Shown here: in pieces, positions 19,006 through 27,097 of the stretch
How positions within the stretch are numbered: the first letter of the stretch is position 1
Layout: each line of letters opens with the position of its first letter
From: a virus
Taxonomy: Duplodnaviria > Caudoviricetes
Virus record (IMG/VR): IMGVR_UViG_3300037470_000091
Location: 1-40,303 of that record
Reading direction: 5' to 3' (one strand)
Length of the DNA stretch: 40,303 nt
Position numbers and translations under genes: made by a program
Notes under the pieces: generated by a model
The model's database searches: none
What the model was told of the DNA's origin: nothing
What the model saw: only the letters and a program-made list of their open reading frames with translations

Positions 19006-19113
19006 CCGGCGGTCGGGCAGATTGCAGGGGATGTCCCGCAGAGTTGGCACCTGCTCGCATCCGCCCTATTTAACTCGCGCCGCCGGTCGCGGTTTGGAGG
19101 TACGCCAACTCCA
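19006..19113 (-). ncRNA. Candidate structured RNA or terminator between convergent operons
   Basis: Several complementary segments: 19015-22 with 19059-66, 19006-12 with 19080-86, 19041-48 with 19104-11, 19095-99 with 19109-13. Confidence 0.3.
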
Positions 19114-19138
19114 GTTCGCTAGCCTAGCTGCGGCATAA

Positions 19139-20062
19139 TCATACATTGCCCCAGCGCGTATTCGTCAACGCCCGGAATCCCTTGAATAGCTCATCGAGCC
19201 CCGCATCCAGCGTCCAGCGAAATTCGTAGCCCGTGCGCTTGAGCTTCGCGCTTGAGACTTCGTAATTTCTCTGATCCGGGTCGCTACCTTTGCTGATGGT
19301 GGCGAAGTAGAAATCCGGCATCTTCACCTTGATGGCCTCGCACAGCCCGCGCTTGGTGAGCGTGACATTGCCGATGTTGTAGATTTCACCGCGCATCGCC
19401 CCGCGATTCTGGATCGCGTGAATGAAGGCCGTAGCTGCGTCCTCGACGTGCAGCACCGTGCGCTTGTAGTGCTCCTCGAATAGCAGAATGGAGTGCTCGC
19501 GGTATGCTTTCCACGCGAAATCGTTAACGAGCAGATCAAGGCGCATCCTCGGCGACATGCCGAACACGGTAGCCAAGCGCAGGCTGATGCTGTTCTCGCG
19601 ATCAAGCAGCGCGCGCTCGACAATGGCCTTATGCTTGCCGTAGCTCGATAGAGGATTCGTCGGCGTCTCCTCAGTGCAGACCTCGGCGTTAGAGCCATAC
19701 GCCGACTCCGTAGTTGGCATGACGCAAAGCTGATCCTTGGCGAGCGATTTCACGAGCGCCAGCGGATGATCCAGATTCAACGCCAGGGCCTCGAATGGCC
19801 GTAGATCGCAGGCCGGAGCGCCCACCAGACCGGCGAGCGGGATTATCACGTCGGCCTTCGCGGTGAACTGTCGCCACGCGCGCTCGTCCCTTACGTCCAC
19901 GCGGTACATGTCGAAGTTCGGATGCTTGCACAGCGCCGCCAGCGTCGTCTCGTTGCCGTAGACAAAGGCATCGAGCGCCGTGACGTTGTACCCGTGCTTC
20001 ACGAGCAGCGGCGTGAGGATCGAGCCGATGAAACCAGCGGCCCCGGTTATGCAGATGTTCAT
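19139..20062 (-). CDS. NAD-dependent nucleotide-sugar epimerase/reductase (extended SDR)
   Basis: MNICITGAAGFIGS Rossmann motif, PLAGLVGAPAC, YGKHK (YxxxK), RLATVFGMSPRMRLDLLVNDF, DQRNYEVS. ATG at 20062 overlaps the upstream stop. Confidence 0.92.
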   Translation of the reverse strand: MNICITGAAGFIGSILTPLLVKHGYNVTALDAFVYGNETTLAALCKHPNFDMYRVDVRDERAWRQFTAKADVIIPLAGLVGAPACDLRPFEALALNLDHPLALVKSLAKDQLCVMPTTESAYGSNAEVCTEETPTNPLSSYGKHKAIVERALLDRENSISLRLATVFGMSPRMRLDLLVNDFAWKAYREHSILLFEEHYKRTVLHVEDAATAFIHAIQNRGAMRGEIYNIGNVTLTKRGLCEAIKVKMPDFYFATISKGSDPDQRNYEVSSAKLKRTGYEFRWTLDAGLDELFKGFRALTNTRWGNV

Positions 20063-21852
20063 TTGTTGTTCTCCCATCCGTCCCAAGGTTCTACGCCAAC
20101 CATGTTGCGCTTGAATTCGTCCCTGCTGAGATATGGCTGCATGTCTTCTACAGGATTCGACCATGACACCATGCGCGGCTCGTAGTTGCAGAAGCCTTCG
20201 TTTACCACGTCGCAAATCCACGGCCCCGGCGTACCCATCAAGCGCGGTAGCCATTCGTCCACGGTATGCGCTTGATAGCTATGATTCCCCGCCTCCCACT
20301 TCTTGTCGATGGTGTACGCCTTCACGCCGTAAGCCTTGGCGATCTTCACGAAGTCCGGCGGCGAGTAGTCCGGCGGCGCTCCGGCGATGCGCCTGCCGCC
20401 GTAGTTGGCGTCCTGATACGAAACCGTGTTGCCATAAATACCGTTGTTCAAGATGAATGTCCGCACCGGGATATTCATACGCGCCATCGTGCGCAATTCC
20501 TGAATGTTCATGTTGAATCCGCCGTCGCCGATCAGGCAGAACACGGGCCGCGTAGGATTCTGAATTTGCGCTCCTAGAGCGGCGGCGAATGCAAATCCCA
20601 TCGGCGTATTGCCGTTTGAAGTGAAATACCGCTGCCCGCGCCTTGTCTCGAATGCATGCGCTGCCGAGATGACCGCGCCGCCAGTATCGTTCACGATGAT
20701 GGCGTTGTTCGGCATTAGCTCGGAGAGATAGCGCAGGAATCCGTACAGGTGCCAATTCTCGCGGTGCTCATCCCTGACCGGATCGTACTTCTCGCGCCAT
20801 GTGCGGCAGATGGAGCGCCATTCCGGCACGTTGGCGGGCTTGGTGCGTTCGGCTAGACGCCGCATGAACGCTCCGGCATCGCAGAGGATGTTCAGGTGCG
20901 CTTGGACTGGTTGCCACTTTGGAACGAGTAACGCTGTATCGACATCGACAAAATATCTCTTACTGGCACGTGCCCAAGATTCTGGAATTCCGCCAGTGAT
21001 CCTTCCCGAAATCCGCGAGCCAATCGCAAGTAGTAAATCCGAATTAGCAATGCCGAAATTGCGTCCCGCACCGCCATAAGTTCCGATGCGCCCGCCGTAG
21101 TACGGTGAATCGCTGGAAACTGTGCAAATCGCATTCCAGGTCGGGAAGCATGGTATCTGTAGCCGCGCGGCGAGAGCATTGAATTCCTCCTTGTAGTTGG
21201 CGCAGCCGCCGCCGATCAGCAGCACCGGGCGCTTGGCGATTGCAAGGTCTTTCAGGTAGGCGTCAATGGCCTCGTCCACCCCGTAATTGATCCATCCGAG
21301 ACGGTTAGGCGCGAAGCCCTCAAGCTCCTCCGGGTTGATCTCGGCTTTTTGCACGTCGATGGGGAGATCGAGCAGGCACGGGCCGGGGCGGTCGTTCTTA
21401 GCCTGCCATATCGCCTGCTCCAGCGCGTAGCGGATGCGCTTCGGGTCTTTCACTGTGACGGCGTATTTCGTGATCGGCTTCACGATGCCTACGATGTCGC
21501 ATTCCTGAAAGCCGAGCTGGCGGATGCTCTCGTTAGGGCGCATGAACTTGCTGTTTACTTGGCCCGTAATGAACAGGGCTGGTGTGGAATCGTAGAAACA
21601 GTTGGCTATTGGCGTGACGAGGTTCTGGCCACCTGGCCCGCTGGTGACGATGCAAACGCCGAAACCTCCGGCCTTGGAGATTCCTTCCGCAGCGAAGCCT
21701 CCCGCTTGCTCGTGGAGGAAGCAAACGTGCTTGATGCGATCCTGCCGCGTGACGGCATCGAGAAGTTCCCCGCACGCGGCACCATACGTATGCGTGAAGT
21801 GCGTTACGCCTTCGTCGGCGAGGCGTCGAAGGATGTAGTCAGAGACGCGCAT
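20059..21852 (-). CDS. ThDP-dependent acetolactate-synthase-like enzyme (YerE-like carboligase)
   Basis: 597 aa from MRVSDY; HEQAGGFAAEG (catalytic Glu), TSGPGGQN, FQECD, RPGPCLLDLPIDVQ, GDGGFNMNIQEL..ILNNG ThDP motif. Confidence 0.92.
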   Translation of the reverse strand: MRVSDYILRRLADEGVTHFTHTYGAACGELLDAVTRQDRIKHVCFLHEQAGGFAAEGISKAGGFGVCIVTSGPGGQNLVTPIANCFYDSTPALFITGQVNSKFMRPNESIRQLGFQECDIVGIVKPITKYAVTVKDPKRIRYALEQAIWQAKNDRPGPCLLDLPIDVQKAEINPEELEGFAPNRLGWINYGVDEAIDAYLKDLAIAKRPVLLIGGGCANYKEEFNALAARLQIPCFPTWNAICTVSSDSPYYGGRIGTYGGAGRNFGIANSDLLLAIGSRISGRITGGIPESWARASKRYFVDVDTALLVPKWQPVQAHLNILCDAGAFMRRLAERTKPANVPEWRSICRTWREKYDPVRDEHRENWHLYGFLRYLSELMPNNAIIVNDTGGAVISAAHAFETRRGQRYFTSNGNTPMGFAFAAALGAQIQNPTRPVFCLIGDGGFNMNIQELRTMARMNIPVRTFILNNGIYGNTVSYQDANYGGRRIAGAPPDYSPPDFVKIAKAYGVKAYTIDKKWEAGNHSYQAHTVDEWLPRLMGTPGPWICDVVNEGFCNYEPRMVSWSNPVEDMQPYLSRDEFKRNMVGVEPWDGWENNK

Positions 21853-22751
21853 TAGCGGCTCGCATTCGCCGCATACCACTCGTAGGTCTTCGCCAGTCCC
21901 TCCACGATGTTCACGTCAGGCTCGAATCCGAGCACCTGCGTTGCCTTCGTGCAGTCGAGATAGCGCGTCGGAATAGCCGTGGGCTTCGTCTTGTCAAACT
22001 GGATCGTCGGATGAAATCCCGCGTGATCGCAGAGAATCTGCACCATGTCGGCCACGCTCACCGACTGCCCAGTGCCGATGTTATAGGCCCCTGTCGGGCA
22101 GTCGCGGGCCAGCGTCAGAGCCTCGGCCAGATCGTCAATGTAGGTCGGGTCGCGTTTCTCCAACCCGCTCCCCCAGACTATGAACGGGTCTTGCCGCTCG
22201 TAGACCTTGCGCACTGTCGCCTCTATGACGTGTGAGGTCTGCGGATCGAAGTCATTGCGCGGCCCGTAGACGTTCGACGGGCGCAGGAACACGATTTCTA
22301 GCGGCTTCATCATTTCAGCTAGCCGGTCGATGAAGCGCCAAGTATTTCCGGGCACGAAGTAGGCGGGGTGCAGCCTGCCGTTGTGGTACTCGTCCTCGGT
22401 TACGGCTGTCACCGTATCCGGGTAGCCGGTGATCGACTGCCCGCAAATGACGCGGCGTACGCCCACTGCCTTGCAGGCTTCAAAGACGTTCATGTGAATG
22501 CGCACGTTCGGTAGGACGAAACTGAGCGGGTCATTCGCCATGCGGCCTACGCCCCCAGTGCGGCCCGCACAGAGGTAGACGATATCGGCACCGTCAAGTT
22601 CGCTAGTGATCCATCCTGCATCGCGGTCCAGCGTCATGCCGTGCGAGGACGTGGGGATTGCCTTGTATGGAACGCCCAGCGCGTCCAGCTTGGCGCACAG
22701 GGCGCTGCCGATGAAGCCGAGACTCCCCAACACGCATATTTTAGATTGCAT
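21852..22751 (-). CDS. GDP-L-fucose-synthase (Fcl/WcaG)-like epimerase/reductase
   Basis: GSLGFIGS, AGRTGGVG..NDP, RPSNVYGPRNDFDPQTSHVI, VWGSG..RD..YIDDL, FDKTKPT; the canonical YxxxK is not apparent. Confidence 0.85.
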   Translation of the reverse strand: MQSKICVLGSLGFIGSALCAKLDALGVPYKAIPTSSHGMTLDRDAGWITSELDGADIVYLCAGRTGGVGRMANDPLSFVLPNVRIHMNVFEACKAVGVRRVICGQSITGYPDTVTAVTEDEYHNGRLHPAYFVPGNTWRFIDRLAEMMKPLEIVFLRPSNVYGPRNDFDPQTSHVIEATVRKVYERQDPFIVWGSGLEKRDPTYIDDLAEALTLARDCPTGAYNIGTGQSVSVADMVQILCDHAGFHPTIQFDKTKPTAIPTRYLDCTKATQVLGFEPDVNIVEGLAKTYEWYAANASR

Positions 22752-23379
22752 GGCTTTCGCCTCCGTCGATTACGATTGTTGATCCATTGATCCAGCTCGC
22801 GTAGTTGCTGCACAGGAACACTACGAGCTTAGCGACCTCATCGGGCTTGCCCATGCGGCCCATTGGCAACGCGGCGAGAGCGGCTTCGTCCAGATCAGGC
22901 TTACCCGCAACGCTCACGTTGCCAGGGCAGACCGTGTTGAACGTAACCCCGCAGCGCGCGAAATTGGAGCGCGACATCCCTTTCATGTAGGCGATTTGCG
23001 CGGCCTTCGCCGCCATGAAGATCGGGCGACTGCCGTACTCGCGCCCGTGAATGCTCGATATCGTGACGACTCGGCCCCATCCGCGCTGCGCCATGCCGGA
23101 GATAGCCCATTGCGTGAAGTCGATCATCGCGTCTACGTTCTTGGCCCATACCTCGGCATCCGTGCCGTAGCGCCCTCCACCGCCAACATTGTTGACGAGT
23201 ATGCCGCAATGGCCAACATGCTCTTTCACGAATTGTCGCCCTGTCTGGTCGGTGGCGTCTGCAATGAAATACGGATTTGGCGAGCGCGAAAACGTGTGCG
23301 TGCTGTGACCCCACCGCGCTAGTTCCTCGACGATGGCCGCGCCGACGCCGCGCGTGCCGCCAGTGACTAGGGCTTTCAC
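22741..23379 (-). CDS. Short-chain dehydrogenase/reductase (classical SDR)
   Basis: ALVTGGTRGVG, ILVNNVGGG, WGRVVTISS, NTVCPG, PMGRMGKPDEVA, INGSTIVIDGG; GTG start overlaps the upstream TGA. Confidence 0.9.
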   Translation of the reverse strand: MKALVTGGTRGVGAAIVEELARWGHSTHTFSRSPNPYFIADATDQTGRQFVKEHVGHCGILVNNVGGGGRYGTDAEVWAKNVDAMIDFTQWAISGMAQRGWGRVVTISSIHGREYGSRPIFMAAKAAQIAYMKGMSRSNFARCGVTFNTVCPGNVSVAGKPDLDEAALAALPMGRMGKPDEVAKLVVFLCSNYASWINGSTIVIDGGESHAI

Positions 23380-24188
23380 TTCGGCTTCCACACTATCTGT
23401 GCGTATGATTCGAGCATCGTGCTGCCGAACCAGCTCCGCTCTACCTCCACCACTCGCACGCGCTCGTGCAGGTAGCCGAGCAGCCCGTAGGCGTATTGGC
23501 GCTTGCGGTGGAACATGAGAGATAGATGGTCCACAAGGTTAGCCGGATCGAGCAATTCCGGCACCGGCTCGATATGCACCACGATAGCTGGGCGCTGCTC
23601 TATCAGGTAGTCGATGAACTTCTGGAAGCCCTGCGGCCCTAGCTGTTCGATGCTACCGAAGGTGAATACGCCAGCACCAGCGCCTAACTTGGGCCGCAGC
23701 GGAACCGACATCGCCATGCTAAATACCTCGGCATTGATCCGGTATCCGAAGTGCTGCGCTGCCGCTTCGGTCAACGAGCATGCGGAACGCGAGAAGTCGT
23801 AGCCGTAAAGCAATGCTTGCGGGTGACGCTTTGCCAGTGCGACCAGGTTGAATCCCGTTCCGCAGCCGAATTCGTGAATACTCTCGCAGCCCAGCATCAG
23901 GTCGCCGAGATGTTCCTGCACCATGCGCACGTAATTAAGCTCGTGCAGCGGATCGGCTGGGTGGTAGAACTGCTGCCGCCAGCGCACCGGCATTCCTGGG
24001 CGGATGAATTTCGGGATCAGCGCGTCCTCTGAGGGATGCAAGCGGAATTCCGCTAGCTGATCGGCCCAGCCGCGCTCCCATTCTTCATCGTTCGCATAGA
24101 TCGGCCTATCGGCGTCGATGCGCTTCAGGATGGCGAGGATCAGGCGGTCGCGCTCGGCACCGTCGATCAATCGAAGATCGTCCGACAT
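23376..24188 (-). CDS. Class I SAM-dependent methyltransferase-like protein
   Basis: IHEFGCGTGFNL (motif I), LYGYDFS, VFTFGSIEQL, VHIEP. Confidence 0.82.
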   Translation of the reverse strand: MSDDLRLIDGAERDRLILAILKRIDADRPIYANDEEWERGWADQLAEFRLHPSEDALIPKFIRPGMPVRWRQQFYHPADPLHELNYVRMVQEHLGDLMLGCESIHEFGCGTGFNLVALAKRHPQALLYGYDFSRSACSLTEAAAQHFGYRINAEVFSMAMSVPLRPKLGAGAGVFTFGSIEQLGPQGFQKFIDYLIEQRPAIVVHIEPVPELLDPANLVDHLSLMFHRKRQYAYGLLGYLHERVRVVEVERSWFGSTMLESYAQIVWKPK

Positions 24189-24715
24189 CACATCTCCCCG
24201 TAAAGGTCTTGCCGCTCCACGACCAAGCAGGAATACTCGGCAGCAAGGGCGCGCTTATATCCTGGCATTACGTCGCGCGCGCAGTTCAATTCTATTACCT
24301 CGACCGTGCGCAGCATCAGCCGGAACGCCGCGCTGTGATCCTGCGTGTGCTGGTGCCCGGAATGCAGCGGCCACTTAGCGCCGACGCTCGTGCGCACGAT
24401 GACCTTTGCGCGATGCGGCGTGTACGGAATCTTGTCCAGATGATTGACTAGCTGATTCGCCGCCAGCAGCAGGAAGTCCATGCGCGGGAAACACGATACC
24501 GGCAGGAATCCGCAAAGCGCGTAGCCGATGCTCATGCCCATCTGCACGTCTTCGAATACCGGAACCTCGATGCGGCTTTCCATCGGCACGTCTCGCAGCG
24601 TCTTGAACATGGCGTTCGATGGGTAGCGCACCGATTGTCCAAGGAATAGAGCGCCGGACTGCGCTAGCAATTCCATCGCTGCGCAGCACTCGTCAAAGTA
24701 GTTACAGCGTTGCAT
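24188..24715 (-). CDS. Transketolase / PDH E1-beta-like subunit (pyrimidine-binding domain only)
   Basis: FLGQSV, RIEVPVFEDVQMGMSIGYAL, FPRMDFLLLAANQLVNHLDK, HSGHQHTQD; 175 aa with no C-terminal domain. Confidence 0.87.
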   Translation of the reverse strand: MQRCNYFDECCAAMELLAQSGALFLGQSVRYPSNAMFKTLRDVPMESRIEVPVFEDVQMGMSIGYALCGFLPVSCFPRMDFLLLAANQLVNHLDKIPYTPHRAKVIVRTSVGAKWPLHSGHQHTQDHSAAFRLMLRTVEVIELNCARDVMPGYKRALAAEYSCLVVERQDLYGEM

Positions 24716-25301
24716 CTGCCCTAGCGCCGATATGAGGCTCCGTACGCTCGTACCTGTAGTACCACTGTTTCCTGCTGGGTGGATATGCGACTGGCATACC
24801 CCACGCCGCTTCGGTAGGCGTGTACGTGGAAAAGCCGTCGTTTTCTATCACGAACGAGATCGGCAAATCCTGAGACTCAGCATAGCGCAGACAGTCCTTA
24901 TAGGTTCCGCAGGACGCCGCCATGTCGCCCACGAAGCACCAGACATGCGTATCGTCGCCGACGCGCTTGACTGCAGCCGCAACGCCAAGCGCAATCGGAA
25001 GGCACCCGCCGACGATGGCGGACGTGAAAAAGCGATGCTCCGCGCTGTGCAGAGATATCGAGCGCCCGGCCAGTATCTCGTGCAGCACGTACTGCTCTGG
25101 CAGACCGTGCAGCAGGGCGTGGTAGTGCGCGCGATACGTCGAAAAGCACCAGTCGCCTGGATCAACGTAGCGGAAGAGCTCGATGAGCGGAGATTCATTG
25201 CCGCCGGAAAGATGCACTGGCCCCTTGACGCGCCCTCCCTCTATGGCATCGCGCACCGTGACCTCAAATGCGCGAAGGCGCTCGACGGTCCAAGGCGTCA
25301 C
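24702..25301 (-). CDS. PDH E1-alpha-like ThDP-binding subunit (short); start uncertain, frame open to 25442
   Basis: GPVHLSGGNE, DWCFSTYRAHYHALLHG, SAIVGG, CFVGDMAA..FVIENDGFSTYTPT. Confidence 0.87.
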   Translation of the reverse strand: MTPWTVERLRAFEVTVRDAIEGGRVKGPVHLSGGNESPLIELFRYVDPGDWCFSTYRAHYHALLHGLPEQYVLHEILAGRSISLHSAEHRFFTSAIVGGCLPIALGVAAAVKRVGDDTHVWCFVGDMAASCGTYKDCLRYAESQDLPISFVIENDGFSTYTPTEAAWGMPVAYPPSRKQWYYRYERTEPHIGARADATL

Positions 25302-25317
25302 AGTATCCGCGTCACGT

Positions 25318-25542
25318 TCAGCGCCGAGCCGTCCGGTTCCCAGAAGCCCCAGCGGCACCACTTCGATATCGTCCGTCCGCTCCACGTAGGGCATGACGGT
25401 GCCCAGCTCCGCGTGGTGGGCCACGGCGCTTGTACTGGGCACGCCGCCACTGTTCGCGTCGGCGTTCCTGCCGCGCCGCGAGCGCGTTCAACCAAGCGGG
25501 CAACGCGGGAGAAGTCGGGGCCGGGGTTGGACATGGCATCAC
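25318..25542 (-). CDS. Hypothetical basic protein
   Basis: Start overlaps the ATPase stop and the ORF fills the gap to E1-alpha; an alternative frame (MSNPG..) is also open. Confidence 0.35.
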   Translation of the reverse strand: MMPCPTPAPTSPALPAWLNALAARQERRREQWRRAQYKRRGPPRGAGHRHALRGADGRYRSGAAGASGNRTARR

Positions 25543-26531
25543 GCTGCGGCCTTGACAGCCTGCTCGCGTTCCTGATATCGCTCGCGTAGCGTCGATACGT
25601 CTGCGGGCAGCATCCGCGCCTTGAGTTCCTTCGTAATTTCTCCGCCCACAGCCTTGAGCGATTTGGCATCTGTTGCCAAGCCGAGTTTGCTTGAGAATTG
25701 CAGGAGTAGAGCAGCCGAATCAGTTTCCCGCGCCTTGTCCGCAATAGCGATGGCGTCAGCGTCCATTGAGGCAGCAGCATCCTCGGTCTGCACCTGAGCC
25801 TGCGTATCGCCAAGCAGTCCCATCAGGGGCTTGCAAAGGGAGTCAAACGTTGGGTTGGCGAAGCTCTTACCAGACAGCACGCCAGTGCGGTCCTTTTCCG
25901 CGTAGGCGATGATGGTAGCTATTTCGCTTGTCTTGCGCGGCTTCAATGACTCCATGCGAATCAGGATGTGCGGTTCGTATGGCGTCTCGCCCTCGGCTTT
26001 CATCTTGACGCCAACAGCCTTGAGTTCTTCCGTTTCCTCATCAGTCGCGTACTCAGTGCCCTGCCGCCCGCACATTATTACGTGCATAGGCGACGACAGT
26101 AGGAAGGCGATCATGTCCTTGTACGGCTTTTTGATCTTACCCCACGCTTGCATGGGAATCGTGCCTGCTGATGTGGTGCGCCCCTGATATGCAGCCCTTG
26201 CCGCCTCCCAAAGATGCGTCACCGAGTCCAGAACAATTACGCCATACTCCTCGGCATTTAGTTCCTTGATCGCCGCTTGAATCTCTGTCATCGAGCGCGA
26301 ATAGATCGCGTCGAAGTCGAATGCTTCCGGATGAACTGCACGGGTAGGAACCGTCTTGCAGTAGAAGTCCGTACCGTGCTCGGTGTCCACGTAGGCGATA
26401 CGCTTCTTGCTCGCTGCCGCCAAACCCTCTGCGAGCAGCAGGCTGGTGAAAGTCTTGCCGCTGCCTGGAGGGCCGTAGATGCCCATCTTCAATGCTGCCT
26501 GCTCTGCTTTCGCTTTTCTGAATCCAGCCAT
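25539..26531 (-). CDS. AAA ATPase, Sak4-like phage recombination protein
   Basis: MAGFRKAK..LKMGIYGPPGSGKT (Walker A), YVDTEHG, VIVLDSVTHLW (Walker B), PMHVIMCGR, AEKDRTG; AGGAG RBS. Confidence 0.82.
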   Translation of the reverse strand: MAGFRKAKAEQAALKMGIYGPPGSGKTFTSLLLAEGLAAASKKRIAYVDTEHGTDFYCKTVPTRAVHPEAFDFDAIYSRSMTEIQAAIKELNAEEYGVIVLDSVTHLWEAARAAYQGRTTSAGTIPMQAWGKIKKPYKDMIAFLLSSPMHVIMCGRQGTEYATDEETEELKAVGVKMKAEGETPYEPHILIRMESLKPRKTSEIATIIAYAEKDRTGVLSGKSFANPTFDSLCKPLMGLLGDTQAQVQTEDAAASMDADAIAIADKARETDSAALLLQFSSKLGLATDAKSLKAVGGEITKELKARMLPADVSTLRERYQEREQAVKAAA

Positions 26532-26552
26532 AGCAATCTCCTGTAGTTAGGA

Positions 26553-26774
26553 TTAGCTTCGGTTAATGCTCCGCGCCTGACCTCTGCGCGGATCGTCTAA
26601 AACTTTGTCGCGTTCGTTGCTCTCAGCTTCACGCGCATAGTCTTCTGCTGCCTGAAGCCATCCATCGCGCCACTCGTCGGCTTGCTCGTCTGGATCGACG
26701 TAGGCGTTTTGAAATACCTCGTCGCCACGTTCGTAGGCTTCGTAACCTTCCGCAAAGGACGCGCTGCGTTTCAT
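26553..26774 (-). CDS. Hypothetical protein
   Basis: FAEGYEAY..NAY..EWRDGW..LDDPRRGQA; lies in the co-oriented gene chain. Confidence 0.6.
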   Translation of the reverse strand: MKRSASFAEGYEAYERGDEVFQNAYVDPDEQADEWRDGWLQAAEDYAREAESNERDKVLDDPRRGQARSINRS

Positions 26775-26805
26775 CAGCACACGCGCTCGGGGTGGCGTTC
26801 GCAGT

Positions 26806-27081
26806 TCATGCTGGCTCCCTGATGTTTCCCTCTATACGCTCGCCTTCCAGTTCGGACAGTGGCGGGATGCGCTTGAGGCGCATAAGCTCCGCGCCCTCGT
26901 TTATATCTTCTGTCCAAGCAATAACTTGTAGCCCAATGTCTTTTCCGCAATAGGAGCAGAGGCATAGTTCTTTTGTGATCTTTGAAACCACAAATACATG
27001 GCCCCATGCTGTTTCGTGTTGGCAGCAAATACGCTCCCTAATAATTTGTACCAAATCACCAACACTGATTGGCTTGTCCAT
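26806..27081 (-). CDS. Hypothetical protein with CxxC, low GC
   Basis: AAGGAG RBS; ISVGDLVQI, CSYCG, RLKRIPPLSEL. Confidence 0.65.
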   Translation of the reverse strand: MDKPISVGDLVQIIRERICCQHETAWGHVFVVSKITKELCLCSYCGKDIGLQVIAWTEDINEGAELMRLKRIPPLSELEGERIEGNIREPA

Positions 27082-27097
27082 GTCTTTCTCCTTAACT

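Noticed and set aside
19040-19091. Pistol ribozyme or cobalamin riboswitch suggested by GTTAAATAGGG on the - strand
   Set aside because: Downstream stem order and conserved motifs do not match either family as I recall them. Kept only as an unclassified structure.
20059-25301. Auxiliary metabolic genes for branched-chain amino acid synthesis (ilvB) or pyruvate dehydrogenase
   Set aside because: No ilvN/ilvC/ilvD or E2/E3, the subunits are truncated, and the genes are embedded among NDP-sugar enzymes.
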